Of a stretch of 64,000 nucleotides of DNA, positions 39,161-49,851 are shown in pieces. The position numbers were made by a program, and so were the translations under genes. How positions within the stretch are numbered: position 1 is the stretch's first letter; each line of letters opens with the position of its first letter. The notes beneath the pieces are model-generated. The model saw only the letters and a list, made by a program, of their open reading frames with translations. It was not told where the DNA came from and searched no databases. The DNA is from an uncultured cyanobacterium (GTDB lineage Bacteria; Cyanobacteriota; Cyanobacteriia; Phormidesmidales; Phormidesmidaceae): NCBI GenBank assembly GCA_963793265.1, contig CAWBZI010000004.1, positions 64,001 to 128,000 of the forward strand, read 5' to 3'.

Positions 39161-40621
39161 ATGGCACCTACCGGAACAGAAATCAGTACGCAAGATATTA
39201 GCTCAAGACCGATAGAGCGCGGTGCACCTAGAGTTCAGAAAGCTGGGCCAGTGGCCTGGAGTAAAAAGCATCTGTTTAACAGCGTGTTCAACAGTCTTTT
39301 GACGGTGGCACTGGTTGTCATCTTAGGGCTGATGCTGTTTGGCGTGTTGAACTGGGCGCTCACTCAGGCCAACTGGTCTGTGGTTAATGACAACTTTCCT
39401 GAGCTGATGGTGGGGCTGTATCCACCGCAGTCTTACTGGCGAGTTTGGACGGTGCTGGGGATTGTGCTAGCGCTAGCGGGCTTGAGCTGGGGCGTATTAG
39501 CTCGCAACCAAAAGCAGCTATTTTCTCGCGGCGTTTTGATTGTGCTGGGGGCGATCGCGCTATTCGCCGTCATTTTGCCCATGACGCGCGGCAGCATTCT
39601 CTACATTCTCGCTGGGCTGGGTCTGCTGGTTGCAGGTGCGGTTGCCGGTCAGGCCATTGGCCGTAAAAATGGAGACGCGGCTAAATGGATATCGGCGAGC
39701 TGGTTTGTCTCTTACTTTGTCACGCTGTACTTATTAGGTGGCGGGCCGTTTCTAGGTCGCGCTCCAGTCGTCGGCCCAAGTTTGTTCTATAGCATTATCG
39801 TCATGTTAGGCGGCAGCCTAGTCGCCGGATGGCAGCTCTCCAAACGAGTGACTATCCCAGCAATTCGAGATTGGCTCAGTAAAGTTATCCTTTTTCTTGT
39901 CGGCTTTATAGTTGCCTATCAAATACTTCGGTGGATACCTTATCTGCTCGGACTCGATTTTGGCCTCAGAAACGTTTCGACTAATAGCTGGGGCGGACTA
40001 ACGCTAACGCTGCTGTTGGCAATCAGCGGCATTATCCTGTGCTTCCCGGCAGGTGTGCTGTTGGCTTTGGGCAGACGAAGTAAACTGCCGATTGTGAGAG
40101 CATTCTCAGTCGCCTATATCGAATTGATTCGCGGTGTACCGCTGATTTCCATTCTGTTTATGGGTCAGGTGCTTATTCCGCTATTTCTACCCGAAGGGGT
40201 TCGACCCGACCGGGTAGTCAGAGCGATTATTGGCCTAACTATTTTTAGTGCGGCCTACCTAGCCGAGAACGTACGGGCAGGTTTGCAGGCGGTGCCTCAA
40301 GGGCAAAGTGAAGCAGCACAGTCTCTAGGACTTAACAAGCCGCTGACAACGACTTTGATTGTTTTACCACAGGCGCTCAAAACGGCGATTCCGGCGATTG
40401 TTGGACAGTTTATTAGTCTCTTTCAAGACACGACGCTGCTGGGTATTGTGGGCCTAGTAGAGCTGTTGGGAATTACCCAAAACGTGCTGGCAAGTCCGAA
40501 GTACCTGGGCGACTACAAAGAAGCCTATATCTTCATTGCCGCTATTTACTGGGTGTTTTGCTATGCGATGAGCTACGGTAGCCGTCGAATAGAATCTGCT
40601 TTGAATACCGATCTTCGCTAG
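39161..40621 (+). CDS. natH: Amino-acid ABC transporter permease (AapM/NatH type)
   Basis: 'WGGLTLT', 'ALGRRS', 'IRGVPLI', '[18 protein letters not shown]', 'QDTTL'. Confidence 0.88.
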   Translation: MAPTGTEISTQDISSRPIERGAPRVQKAGPVAWSKKHLFNSVFNSLLTVALVVILGLMLFGVLNWALTQANWSVVNDNFPELMVGLYPPQSYWRVWTVLGIVLALAGLSWGVLARNQKQLFSRGVLIVLGAIALFAVILPMTRGSILYILAGLGLLVAGAVAGQAIGRKNGDAAKWISASWFVSYFVTLYLLGGGPFLGRAPVVGPSLFYSIIVMLGGSLVAGWQLSKRVTIPAIRDWLSKVILFLVGFIVAYQILRWIPYLLGLDFGLRNVSTNSWGGLTLTLLLAISGIILCFPAGVLLALGRRSKLPIVRAFSVAYIELIRGVPLISILFMGQVLIPLFLPEGVRPDRVVRAIIGLTIFSAAYLAENVRAGLQAVPQGQSEAAQSLGLNKPLTTTLIVLPQALKTAIPAIVGQFISLFQDTTLLGIVGLVELLGITQNVLASPKYLGDYKEAYIFIAAIYWVFCYAMSYGSRRIESALNTDLR

Positions 40622-40685
40622 CTCGTTTTCAACCCGCTTACTTTATCACCCTATTTACTTTCAACCCTGTAGAGGAACCCGAATC

Positions 40686-41471
40686 ATGACTCAATCTGAA
40701 CTCAGCGTACCTGTTTCTACCAATTCTTCTGTTGGTTCTGAAGCGGTGATTGTCGCTAAAGATGTGAATAAGTGGTACGACAACGGCTTTCATGTGCTTA
40801 AGGGCGTCAGCATGAATGTGTATAAGGGCGAAGTGGTCGTGGTGATGGGCCCTTCAGGTTCGGGTAAGTCTACGTTTATTCGTACGTTTAATGCGCTAGA
40901 GCCCTATCAACAAGGCACTATCGAAATTGACGGTGTGCTGATTGCTAACGATCTTAAAGATATTGAGGCGGTGCGTCGTGAGGTGGGGATGGTGTTTCAG
41001 CAGTTCAATTTGTTCCCGCATTTGACGGTGCTGCAAAATGTGACCTTAGCGCCGATTTGGGTGCGCCGCTGGCCTAAGGCCAAAGCTGAAGAGATTGCAA
41101 TGAGACTGTTGGATCGGGTGGGGATTGCGGAGCAGGCGTATAAGTTTCCGGGGCAGATGTCGGGCGGGCAGCAGCAGCGGGTGGCGATCGCGCGCTCTCT
41201 GGCCATGCAGCCTAAAGTAATGCTGTTCGATGAACCAACCTCTGCACTTGACCCTGAGATGGTGCGCGAGGTGCTAGATGTGATGCGTAACCTGGCTAAA
41301 GATGGAATGACGATGGTGTGCGTGACGCACGAAGTTGGCTTTGCCAAAGAAGTCGCCGATCGCGTGGTGCTGATGGACGGCGGCGTGCTAGTAGAAGAGA
41401 ACACGCCCGATAAATTCTTCAGCAATCCTAAAGAAGAAAGAAGTAAGGCGTTCTTATCACAGATTTTATAG
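40686..41471 (+). CDS. bgtA: Polar amino-acid ABC transporter ATP-binding protein
   Basis: Walker A 'GPSGSGKS', signature 'MSGGQQQR', Walker B '[13 protein letters not shown]', 'VTHE'. Confidence 0.9.
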   Translation: MTQSELSVPVSTNSSVGSEAVIVAKDVNKWYDNGFHVLKGVSMNVYKGEVVVVMGPSGSGKSTFIRTFNALEPYQQGTIEIDGVLIANDLKDIEAVRREVGMVFQQFNLFPHLTVLQNVTLAPIWVRRWPKAKAEEIAMRLLDRVGIAEQAYKFPGQMSGGQQQRVAIARSLAMQPKVMLFDEPTSALDPEMVREVLDVMRNLAKDGMTMVCVTHEVGFAKEVADRVVLMDGGVLVEENTPDKFFSNPKEERSKAFLSQIL

Positions 41472-41496
41472 AAATATTTGCAAGCTCTCACTTTTG

Positions 41497-41527
41497 ACCC
41501 CTCTTTCAAAGAATAAGAAAGAGGGGT
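41497..41527. terminator. Hairpin between convergent genes
   Basis: ACCCCTCTTTC / GAAAGAGGGGT inverted repeat. Confidence 0.65.
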
Positions 41528-41536
41528 TGATGATGG

Positions 41537-42052
41537 CTACATAAATTTGCTAGCCATGCCGAGCATATCGCCCATATCGAGATCGCCATCGCCATCGCCG
41601 TCTAAGAAGGCGGTGAGAATAGGGTTGTGGTCAGTCGCTACAGCGCCTTGCTTTTTATTGCCCGTGCTCAAAAATTGCATCACTAGCGGCAATACCATCG
41701 GTAAAATGCCTTGAACCTGATTAGTATTGAGACTGGTTTTTTGCGTGACCGCTGAAATCATTTCGGTAAGCTGGCTGTTGTTGAACAGCTTAGGAATGAC
41801 TGATGCGCCGTTTGCTGAGCCTTGTTCTATTAGGGATTGGGCAACTTCATCGCCTTCGTTTTGGCGCTTTTCTCTAAGTGAGGAGCGTACGAAGCTACCA
41901 ATGACAGACATAGCCTGCTGCATGGTGCTAGAGTCTGCATTGTTTTGTGCGCCGACCTGCTTGGCAGCGCCTAGAATATTTGTGAGCTGGCTAGCGCTGG
42001 CCTGCCGAGTGGGATCGGCAACTGCCTTCATAACCTGATCGAATAGTCCCAT
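41537..42052 (-). CDS. DUF937-like protein
   Basis: 'MGLFDQ..AV.DP..QAS', C-terminal 'FLDGDGDGDLD' EF-hand-like motif; ATG at 42052 preferred. Confidence 0.75.
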   Translation of the reverse strand: MGLFDQVMKAVADPTRQASASQLTNILGAAKQVGAQNNADSSTMQQAMSVIGSFVRSSLREKRQNEGDEVAQSLIEQGSANGASVIPKLFNNSQLTEMISAVTQKTSLNTNQVQGILPMVLPLVMQFLSTGNKKQGAVATDHNPILTAFLDGDGDGDLDMGDMLGMASKFM

Positions 42053-42217
42053 TATTGCGAGTTTCCTTCCGTAGATGATTAAAACGGGTTGGGGTACCAA
42101 CGGCATTATACGGCAAGAAAATAGCGCGAGCGCGAGGTGTTATAAGTAAAGTCATAGGGGCGCATCTAAACTTTTTGTAGGTCTTGGTTTCCAATTCAAA
42201 TTTCGCGGTAGCTCCCT

Positions 42218-43708
42218 TTGGTGATTACGATGGCTTTATCTTTTAGGCGGTCTGTTCGTTGGTTGACAGTAGGCGGCATGATGATAGGCGCGATCGCCTG
42301 TAGCGCTTCTCAAGGTGCAGATGGCTTACAGGTTCGTCGCCTTACAAAGTCCCTCCCAATGCTGAATGATGATGGGACTTCAGTCTGTGCGATCAATGAA
42401 TCAGTGGTGACTAGAGGCGGTAGCTATAGCGCCAATGTGAATTTGACATCGAGTGTGGCACTGCCGGGGCGTAGCGGTGTGGATGTGGTGATGACCGGGC
42501 ACGGGGCGATCGCAGCGGTGAATAATGAGTCAGGCTCTACGCTGTATTGGCTAGATCCGGCGACGGGCGAAACGGTTCAGACGGTGGCTTTGCCAGGCTC
42601 GATTAGCGATATTGCTTTTGATGGGGCCGATGATGGCGATCGCACGACTGCGGGCGGGGTGCTGGCGATCGCGGCAGGCAACAAGGTGCTGCGGCTAGAT
42701 GTAGAGAGTGGTGAGGTGCTCAGTGAGATTGCTTTGGACGGGGTGAGCCGGGTGGCAATTTCGCCCGATGGGTTTGTGGGGGCGATCGCGAACAGAACCG
42801 TTTACCTCTACGATGCAGACAACACCGAAGTCTTTTCGAAATTTCGCGACTACACCGACGTGACAGACATTGAAGTGCGAAGCTGCGGCGATGCTCAGCT
42901 CGTGTACGATACGAGCTTTCGTAACACCTCTTTTGTTGATCTTCAGGGCAAACGAAATCCGGTTCAGATTGCTCGCTTGGAGGCTTTAGACTTTACGGGC
43001 GAGGTGCAGTGGTCTTTGTTTAGCGATAGTTCGGAATCGATTAAGCAAAACGTGGCCGATACGCGACTGTATCGAGTGACTTTGGGCCGCGATGGCTACT
43101 TGTATACCGGGGGGGAGAGCGCGGGCACTGCGACGATTTTTCGCTGGCGCGGTCAGCCGATGACTGAGGATGAACAAATTGGCAATACCCGTCCATTTTT
43201 AACTCAAATAGACGCCCATTCTCAATTGCATAACAGCGGTTCGGCGCATCTGTCTTACTACGCGCGGGTGCATCCAACCACAGGTGAACTGGTGACTTCG
43301 CAGATGAGCTTTCCGAGACTCTCGAATACGAAGGCAAATGCGATGCGGATGGGTGATATTGCCGGAGCGGCGGACGGCCGGGTCTATGTCGGTGGCGCGG
43401 CGAGTGCGTCTATTTTTAATCGGGAGAATTTGACGATTAATGGGGCGCTGGTAGGTGGGTATAGCGGTCAAGATCCGGCTTGGATGTCGGTAGCGCCTGA
43501 TTTTAGCGATCGCAACTTTTGGACAGTACTTGCCGAAGGCACCAATGCTAATGGAAGTGAAAACGCGGTAGAAAGCAGAGGCATCGTGCAGGGCGTCGAT
43601 GCGGGATATGGCTACAGCGCCGCGCTGAGTAACTTAGAGAGCGGCGCGGCTCCTGTAACGGTAGGAGATAGTGAAAGTACCGTTTTTGTTAGTTTTACAG
43701 CGCAATAA
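42218..43708 (+). CDS. Putative lipoprotein with beta-propeller-like repeats, function unknown
   Basis: Lipobox-like 'AIAC'; beta-strand-rich repeats ('ISDIAFDG', 'VAISPDG', 'DGRVYVGG'). Confidence 0.65.
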   Translation: MVITMALSFRRSVRWLTVGGMMIGAIACSASQGADGLQVRRLTKSLPMLNDDGTSVCAINESVVTRGGSYSANVNLTSSVALPGRSGVDVVMTGHGAIAAVNNESGSTLYWLDPATGETVQTVALPGSISDIAFDGADDGDRTTAGGVLAIAAGNKVLRLDVESGEVLSEIALDGVSRVAISPDGFVGAIANRTVYLYDADNTEVFSKFRDYTDVTDIEVRSCGDAQLVYDTSFRNTSFVDLQGKRNPVQIARLEALDFTGEVQWSLFSDSSESIKQNVADTRLYRVTLGRDGYLYTGGESAGTATIFRWRGQPMTEDEQIGNTRPFLTQIDAHSQLHNSGSAHLSYYARVHPTTGELVTSQMSFPRLSNTKANAMRMGDIAGAADGRVYVGGAASASIFNRENLTINGALVGGYSGQDPAWMSVAPDFSDRNFWTVLAEGTNANGSENAVESRGIVQGVDAGYGYSAALSNLESGAAPVTVGDSESTVFVSFTAQ

Positions 43709-43770
43709 GGCTCACCGCCCTTGGCCATCTAATCGCTCTTCATGGGTCGATTTACTGTAGAATTCGAGCC

Positions 43771-44670
43771 ATGTTCGACTACATTTGCAAGTTTTTAATT
43801 GAGAACTTCTCTACCGACTTTGCCACCTGGCTAATAGGCAAGCCCATTACGCTAACCCGGCTTAGCCCAACCGAGCTATCGCTAGAGCCCATTCGCGCTG
43901 ATTCGATACTGCTATTACAGGCAGAAAAGATCATTCTCCACATAGAATTTCAGACCCGCGCTGACGGCAAAATTCCTTTTCGGATGCTCGATTACTGTGT
44001 TCGCATCCATCGCCAGTTCCCCAAAAAAGAACTGCGACAGTTCGTCATCTACTTAAAGCCAGGTGACGCGCCTAGCCTTTATCAATCGACCTTTGAGCTA
44101 CCGCGTACCCGGCACGAGTTCGATGTTATTCGTCTATGGGAACAGCCAGTCGAGCCATTTTTAGCTGAGCCAGGGCTTTTGCCTTTTGCAGCTCTAGCAC
44201 AGACAGAAGATCGCGCTGCCATACTCAGACAAGTCGCAGACCAGATCAGTGAGATAGCCGATGTTCAACTGCGCGGTAATATTTCTACATCAGCAGGTAT
44301 TCTGTCCACGTTAATATTGAACAAAGAACTCGTTAGCACCATTCTAGGCAGGAGCGTTATGCAGGATTCCGCACTCTACAGAAGTATTCTAGATGATGGC
44401 TTGGAGCAAGGACGTGAGCTGGGTATTCAATTAGGGCTTGAAGAAGGGCTTGAGAAAGGGCTTGAAAAAGGGCGCGAAGAAGGACGTGAAGAAGGGCAGC
44501 GTGAATTTCTGATAGATGTACTCACGATGAAACTAGGAGCACTGCCGGAGCCAGTGACAGCGGAGATACAAAAGCTGTCTCAAGCTGACCTACAAGCTTT
44601 GAAATCCTCTTTGTTTAGCCTTGAGTCACTGACAGATTTAGAGAATTGGCTGCGTGGGCGACAGGCTTAG
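43771..44670 (+). CDS. Rpn family recombination-promoting nuclease / putative transposase with DUF4351-like C-terminus
   Basis: PD-(D/E)xK-like 'IRADS...HIEFQT', 'RMLDY', (G.EE) repeats, C-terminal 'L..WL'. Confidence 0.9.
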   Translation: MFDYICKFLIENFSTDFATWLIGKPITLTRLSPTELSLEPIRADSILLLQAEKIILHIEFQTRADGKIPFRMLDYCVRIHRQFPKKELRQFVIYLKPGDAPSLYQSTFELPRTRHEFDVIRLWEQPVEPFLAEPGLLPFAALAQTEDRAAILRQVADQISEIADVQLRGNISTSAGILSTLILNKELVSTILGRSVMQDSALYRSILDDGLEQGRELGIQLGLEEGLEKGLEKGREEGREEGQREFLIDVLTMKLGALPEPVTAEIQKLSQADLQALKSSLFSLESLTDLENWLRGRQA

Positions 44671-44689
44671 CGGCTGTTTAACGTTTATT

Positions 44690-46195
44690 ATGCGTCGTCG
44701 CTCTTATTTACTACTGGTTGCAATCAGCATTCTGATTGGCGTAGGGCTGCTGCTGGGCGTGGTGAGTTCTCTTGGGCAGCTCTATGGTGCGATCGCTTCT
44801 CAATCTCGCCTGCTAGCCCAAGCCGTCATTACCCTGATTCTCATAGCCTTGCTCGGCGCGCTCGGTATATTGACATACTACGCCTTATTGTTTCTGCGGC
44901 CTAGGCGTAAGCGTACCGTAACTTTGCCCGATCAGCCTGATGAAGTGGCGGCAGTTAGCTTGCAGGCCGCTCAGCAGCAGGTGAGCCAAATAGAAGATGA
45001 AATTGCCCGGCAGGCTTTGGCCGAGCGTTCAGCGCTATTGGCACAAAGGCTTGAGGAACAAACGTTTCAACTGGTAGTGTTTGGCTTGGGCTCGGCGGGT
45101 AAAACAGCGCTGGTGAATGCGCTGCTAGGAGAGATGGCCGCGCCTGTAGCGGCTACTTTAGGCACGACTCAATCAGCGCAGACCTACAAAGTTGCATTAG
45201 GCTCAGGTCGCATCAAGGGTGGGCGTGGCGGTGAGCAGGAAATTTTGATTACAGATACGCCTGGGTTGCTGGAGGCGGGTGTGTTTGGGACGCAACGGGC
45301 AGAGGCGGCAAAGGCGCTAGCGGCGCAGGCTGATTTGTTGCTGTTTGTGGTGGATAATGATTTGCATCGGGCGGAGTATGAGCCGCTGCGGATGCTGGTA
45401 CAGATGGGTAAGCGATCGCTGCTGGTATTAAATAAGCGTGATCGCTATTTACCTGCTGAAAAAACACAGATTATGCGACAGTTGCGGGCGCGAACGCGGG
45501 GATTGATTGCGCCTGAAGATGTGGTGGAGACAGCGGCTAAGCCTTCTCCTGTTTTTGTGAGCGATGGCACTTATGTTCAGCCTGAACCAGATATTGCGGT
45601 TCTAGTTGACCGGATTATCGCAGTGCTGCGTAACGAGGGCTCGGACTTAATCGCAAACAATTTGTTGTTGCAGTCGCAGCGAATTAGTGATGACGCTAAA
45701 TTTCTATTGAGTACGCAAAGGCAGCAGCAGGCGGAGGCGATTATTGACCGCTATCAGTGGATTGGGGCGGGGGTATTGGCGGCCACGCCTTTGCCGGTTG
45801 TGGATATGCTGGCGGCGGCGGCAGTGAATGCTCAAATGGTGGTGGAGCTGGGCCGTGTGTATGGGGTGGAGGTGAGTATCGAGGAGGCTAAGGCGCTGGC
45901 GGTGTCGCTGGCGAAGACGATGGCGGCGCTGAGTTTGGCGAAAGGTGTAATGAAGATGCTGGCGGTAGGATTGCAGGCGAATGTGGCGACGGCGGTGGCG
46001 AGTAAGCTAGTGCAAGGGGCGAGTGCGGCGTATTTGACGCGGATTGCGGGCAAGAGCTTTGTGGTTTATTTTCAGGCTAATCAGGACTGGGGCGATCGCG
46101 GCATTCAGGCCGTCGTAGAGCAGCAATACCAGCTCAATCGCCGGGACGAATTCGTCAAGCAGTTTTTACGCAGCGCCGTCAAAAAATTAGCCTGA
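44690..46195 (+). CDS. Membrane-anchored GTP-binding protein with DUF697 (YcjF-like) domain
   Basis: Two N-terminal TMs, 'GLGSAGKTALVNAL', 'DTPG', 'NKRD', 'PLPVVD'; ATG at 44690 preferred. Confidence 0.88.
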   Translation: MRRRSYLLLVAISILIGVGLLLGVVSSLGQLYGAIASQSRLLAQAVITLILIALLGALGILTYYALLFLRPRRKRTVTLPDQPDEVAAVSLQAAQQQVSQIEDEIARQALAERSALLAQRLEEQTFQLVVFGLGSAGKTALVNALLGEMAAPVAATLGTTQSAQTYKVALGSGRIKGGRGGEQEILITDTPGLLEAGVFGTQRAEAAKALAAQADLLLFVVDNDLHRAEYEPLRMLVQMGKRSLLVLNKRDRYLPAEKTQIMRQLRARTRGLIAPEDVVETAAKPSPVFVSDGTYVQPEPDIAVLVDRIIAVLRNEGSDLIANNLLLQSQRISDDAKFLLSTQRQQQAEAIIDRYQWIGAGVLAATPLPVVDMLAAAAVNAQMVVELGRVYGVEVSIEEAKALAVSLAKTMAALSLAKGVMKMLAVGLQANVATAVASKLVQGASAAYLTRIAGKSFVVYFQANQDWGDRGIQAVVEQQYQLNRRDEFVKQFLRSAVKKLA

Positions 46196-46198
46196 CTT

Positions 46199-47146
46199 CT
46201 AAAGCTTCTGACCTACTATCGTACGGTGACGTGGATCGCTGGGAACGGTTATGATCTTTATAAAACCGCTTTCCTGGAGGGCACTTTCTACGTCAAAGGT
46301 GTAGTAGTCATCGCTCCAGGGTTCGGTGCTTTTCATCAGGGTGAAGAGGACAGGTGGGAGGCTTTGGATGACGGGTGATTGAGGATTGTTGTCTACGATG
46401 GCAATGTGTCCTTTGGGCTTTAACAGTCGATAGGTTTCTTGAAATATTTCGCAAGTAGCCTGGCGCGGCAGTTCGTGAATAGCAAACTGTAGCGTGATCA
46501 GATCAAAGGATTCGCTGGGTAGATTGGTGTCTTCTGCTTTGGCGTGTAGCCATTGGGAAATATTGTTGCTCTTGTCCTGAAGTTTGGCGACTGAGAGCAT
46601 GTAGGGCGAAAGGTCTAGCCCAATTGTTTTGACGGGCGTGTTTTGAGACTTTTGATAGTAGCTGTGGACGGCTTGGGTTGAAATGCCGACTGAACAGCCA
46701 ATATCGAGAATGTCGTTGACTGGGCCAGAGATTTGTTGCGATAAGACCTGGTGGAAACTGTTGCGCAGGCGGTCTTGGGCGGCTTGCCAGGTAAGGGCTT
46801 CTTGGGGCCACACTCTTAGGGCCATAGAATAGGTGGCTGATTCTGCTTCAAAGGCGGCGGGCCAGCATAGGTTGCCTTGGTCGTAGGCGTGGAAGGGGAC
46901 TTGGTAATAGTCTGGGTAGGTGACGGTTGGGTTTGAGAGAGTAGCGATCGCTTGCTGGGCCTCCGAATCCTCTAGAACCTTATAGTTCTCACGCCACGGG
47001 ATGCCGTTTTTCTCAGCAGTTTTGATCAGTACACGCCGGGCCTGAGATTTCATGACGCTATAGATGGGTTTAGTCTGAATCAACAGGTTTACAAAGCGAG
47101 AGAGAAGGTCGTCGCCCGCCCAGTTTGGTTTGGTTTTGGTGTTCAT
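46199..47146 (-). CDS. Class I SAM-dependent methyltransferase
   Basis: 'ILDIGCSVG', 'GLDLSPYML', 'FDLI', 'LLKPKG'. Confidence 0.92.
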   Translation of the reverse strand: MNTKTKPNWAGDDLLSRFVNLLIQTKPIYSVMKSQARRVLIKTAEKNGIPWRENYKVLEDSEAQQAIATLSNPTVTYPDYYQVPFHAYDQGNLCWPAAFEAESATYSMALRVWPQEALTWQAAQDRLRNSFHQVLSQQISGPVNDILDIGCSVGISTQAVHSYYQKSQNTPVKTIGLDLSPYMLSVAKLQDKSNNISQWLHAKAEDTNLPSESFDLITLQFAIHELPRQATCEIFQETYRLLKPKGHIAIVDNNPQSPVIQSLPPVLFTLMKSTEPWSDDYYTFDVESALQESGFIKIITVPSDPRHRTIVGQKL

Positions 47147-48015
47147 GCGATTTTGCCGTCTTCAATTAGGGCCGATTGGGTCCAAACGCCGCGATTGTCG
47201 TAGTAGCGAATTAGGCGCGTTCGAGTTAGCGTTGACTTGTCAAATCGCTCTCTACTTTCTCTTAGCCATCCGACTTCAACCCTAAACTCGACGCCCTTTT
47301 TAATGACGTGAGGAATTAAACAATAGGCTCCATTAGGCAGTGGCATCAACTGATAGTCAATCTTTCCATTTAGCAGAATCGGCTTGTTTGAGTTGAGATC
47401 TAAATCGCGATTGTTTGTCAAAGAAAGGACTTTAGTATTCTCATCAAAAGTATCGCTACAGCTAAGGGCCGTACTCTCAAAAGACCACTGGCTAGTGCCT
47501 GTCGTGGGTGCGGCCATCGTGGCATGTAGTATAGAACTCTCTCCTTTCCATTCTCCTAATAGCTGCGTAGGCAAGGTGTCGGCTTCTATAAACTGAGTGC
47601 CGCCTGTTTGGGTTTCTCGAATGAGCGTGACGTACTCTATTTCGTGATTGCCTTTTACCGTGCTGCTGTACATGATGACAAATCGAACGCGTCTGTCGCC
47701 TACTTTTAAAGACATTTCAGCGCCAAACTGGCCGAAGGGCGTCCATTGAGCTGAGCCCTGAGAGAATGCGCCAGTTTCAAAGAAACAGATGTAGGGCGCA
47801 GGGCCAGGGGCAGAAAAGGAGCGTTGGGTAACATCAGTTGTGCCATCAGCGGGGGTGCGCTTTAGCGTGAGCTGCATCGTTTTGTCAGCTTCGGTTTCTT
47901 CTAGCGTCAAAACGCTGGGCGTGTCTTTGAGCTGTTCTCCTTTTGCCGAAAACTTTGTGAAGGAACCGTGCCAGGTGCCGATGTTTTGTTGAATGCATTG
48001 CCACTGGTTTTTCAT
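47143..48015 (-). CDS. DUF3598-like conserved cyanobacterial protein
   Basis: 'QW....N.G.W.GSFT', 'GAFSQGS.Q', duplicated beta-barrel pattern, 'RLIRYY...G.W'. Confidence 0.75.
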   Translation of the reverse strand: MKNQWQCIQQNIGTWHGSFTKFSAKGEQLKDTPSVLTLEETEADKTMQLTLKRTPADGTTDVTQRSFSAPGPAPYICFFETGAFSQGSAQWTPFGQFGAEMSLKVGDRRVRFVIMYSSTVKGNHEIEYVTLIRETQTGGTQFIEADTLPTQLLGEWKGESSILHATMAAPTTGTSQWSFESTALSCSDTFDENTKVLSLTNNRDLDLNSNKPILLNGKIDYQLMPLPNGAYCLIPHVIKKGVEFRVEVGWLRESRERFDKSTLTRTRLIRYYDNRGVWTQSALIEDGKIA

Positions 48016-48734
48016 CAGGTTTTTGCTTCTGTTAAGGAGACTTCAGTCTCGTTTAGGGGTGGCCGGATGGAGAGGTAGAACAGAATGCCCAATAGCGGTA
48101 TTAAGGTGGCTGTCCAAAATAAAGCTGTTCCATAGGAAGTCTCCCACAGATTTCGCTTTGCCATGTCGTCTCTTAACAAGGGCGAAACAATGGCGCACAG
48201 CATACAAAAGTCCAGACTCATGACGTTGATGAACCGGGTGGTATGCCACTGTTGGATGAAGTCGCTCCAGTTGGCAGCCAAGCTACCGTTAAAGAGGCCA
48301 TAGCTGAGAAGTGCTAGGGCGCTGAGGAGGAGCAGGCGGCCCGTCCAGACCGAATCGAGGACTTTAAGGAGGGTGCTTTTTGCAGCGCTAAAAGTTGGAT
48401 TGTCGTTGCGCAGGGCAAGGTAGGGCAATATCGCAAAAGCACCTACGCCAAAGGAGATAGCGACGAAGGGCCAGGCTCTGAGCTTTTGATCTGCGCCATC
48501 AATTAGGGCTAGGCAGGCGTAGATAGCGGGCCAGACGCCCATCAGATTAAATAAGGAGACGATAAGCGGGTTAATATCTGTCCACTGGCCGGTCGAGAGT
48601 CTGATGATGAGATCAGGTGTGCTGGGCTGTGAGGGTGGAGCAAGGGTGAAGGCATATACGCTGAATCCGAGCCACAGCAGGGCAAAGCTAATTTTTCTGA
48701 CGCTAATCTTTTCAGAGCTAATCTTTTCAGGCAT
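48015..48734 (-). CDS. Conserved multi-pass membrane protein (DUF2834-like)
   Basis: About six TMs, 'FNLMG.WP..Y', 'LPYLALR', 'MSLDF', 'DD...R'. Confidence 0.75.
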   Translation of the reverse strand: MPEKISSEKISVRKISFALLWLGFSVYAFTLAPPSQPSTPDLIIRLSTGQWTDINPLIVSLFNLMGVWPAIYACLALIDGADQKLRAWPFVAISFGVGAFAILPYLALRNDNPTFSAAKSTLLKVLDSVWTGRLLLLSALALLSYGLFNGSLAANWSDFIQQWHTTRFINVMSLDFCMLCAIVSPLLRDDMAKRNLWETSYGTALFWTATLIPLLGILFYLSIRPPLNETEVSLTEAKT

Positions 48735-49002
48735 TGTTGGCTACCCACTGCGAAGGGGTGAATCGCTTCATTTCTGAGAGAGTTTTTGAATGTTTACGGT
48801 GGTTCATAAAGTTTTTAGTGACTATGTTACCAAGCCGACTCATTCGATCACAGGGGCATCTTTGAACACTATCTTAAGGATCGATTGATCCTATTTCTGC
48901 TTTTCTAAGCTTTTTTCTCCTACCGCTTTTCCTCTTAACGTTTTCCAAACGACTCATGCTCTCAGTCTATCTATTCGGGAGCGACCTTTACTGGGCTACT
49001 TT

Positions 49003-49833
49003 ATGCGATCGCAAGACATCCTACGCCTTTACGAAGAAGGCTATCGAGACTTCAAAGGACTCCATTTGGTAGGCGCTGACTTTAGCGGCCAAATTCTGGT
49101 GGGGGTTAACTTTGCCGGTAGCGATTTGAGTGGCGCTAACTTTAGCCGGGCGTTTTTAACCAAGGCTAACTTTGCTAATGCGAATCTGAGCCGAGCGAGC
49201 TTTACGTTTGCCAAAATGAGCGATAGCCGGTTTACGCAGGCGACGCTAACCAAGGCAAACTTTCAGGGCGCTTTTGGCGTACGGGCTAATTTTACGCGGG
49301 CACGAGTGAGCGGCGCTCATTTGGCACATGTCAATCTACGAGCGGGTGAATTGGTTGGGACGAACTTTAGCGGAGCGAATTTGACGGGCGCTAACCTGCG
49401 GAATACTCAGCTTACGGGTGCTAATTTTTCCTGGGCTAATCTGAGCGGGGTCAGGCTGATTGGGAGTGCGATCGCTCAGGCTCAGCTCAACGGTGCGAAC
49501 TTTGAACGGGCCTTTTTGAACGGGCTCAATTTTAGCAATATGGATCTGAGCGGCGTTAGCTTTAAAGAGGCTCGGCTAAAGGGTGCAACGTTTAAAGAGG
49601 CTGATTTGACGGCGGCAAACTTCAGCGAAGCGAGCTTACAAAACAGTGACTTTCAAGATGCTCAGCTAGCGGGCGCAAATTTTGACTGGGCACATTTGCA
49701 CCGCGCTAAGTTTCATAAGGCAGACCTGCGCCGGGTGAATGGCGAAAATGTGGACTGGTCAGAGGCTGATTTAGCAGGTGCCTGTGTGGATGAAGCGATC
49801 GCATTTGACTCCATGGCTAGCGTACATGGCTGA
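49003..49833 (+). CDS. Pentapeptide repeat protein
   Basis: N-terminal 'Y..G.RDF' then continuous A(N/D)(L/F)xx repeats. Confidence 0.95.
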   Translation: MRSQDILRLYEEGYRDFKGLHLVGADFSGQILVGVNFAGSDLSGANFSRAFLTKANFANANLSRASFTFAKMSDSRFTQATLTKANFQGAFGVRANFTRARVSGAHLAHVNLRAGELVGTNFSGANLTGANLRNTQLTGANFSWANLSGVRLIGSAIAQAQLNGANFERAFLNGLNFSNMDLSGVSFKEARLKGATFKEADLTAANFSEASLQNSDFQDAQLAGANFDWAHLHRAKFHKADLRRVNGENVDWSEADLAGACVDEAIAFDSMASVHG

Positions 49834-49851
49834 GCGTAAGTGGCCCAAACC

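Noticed and set aside
48754..48765. GGGGTGAATC resembling part of the c-di-AMP (ydaO) riboswitch
   Set aside because: Other conserved segments (GGGGGAACC etc.) not found nearby
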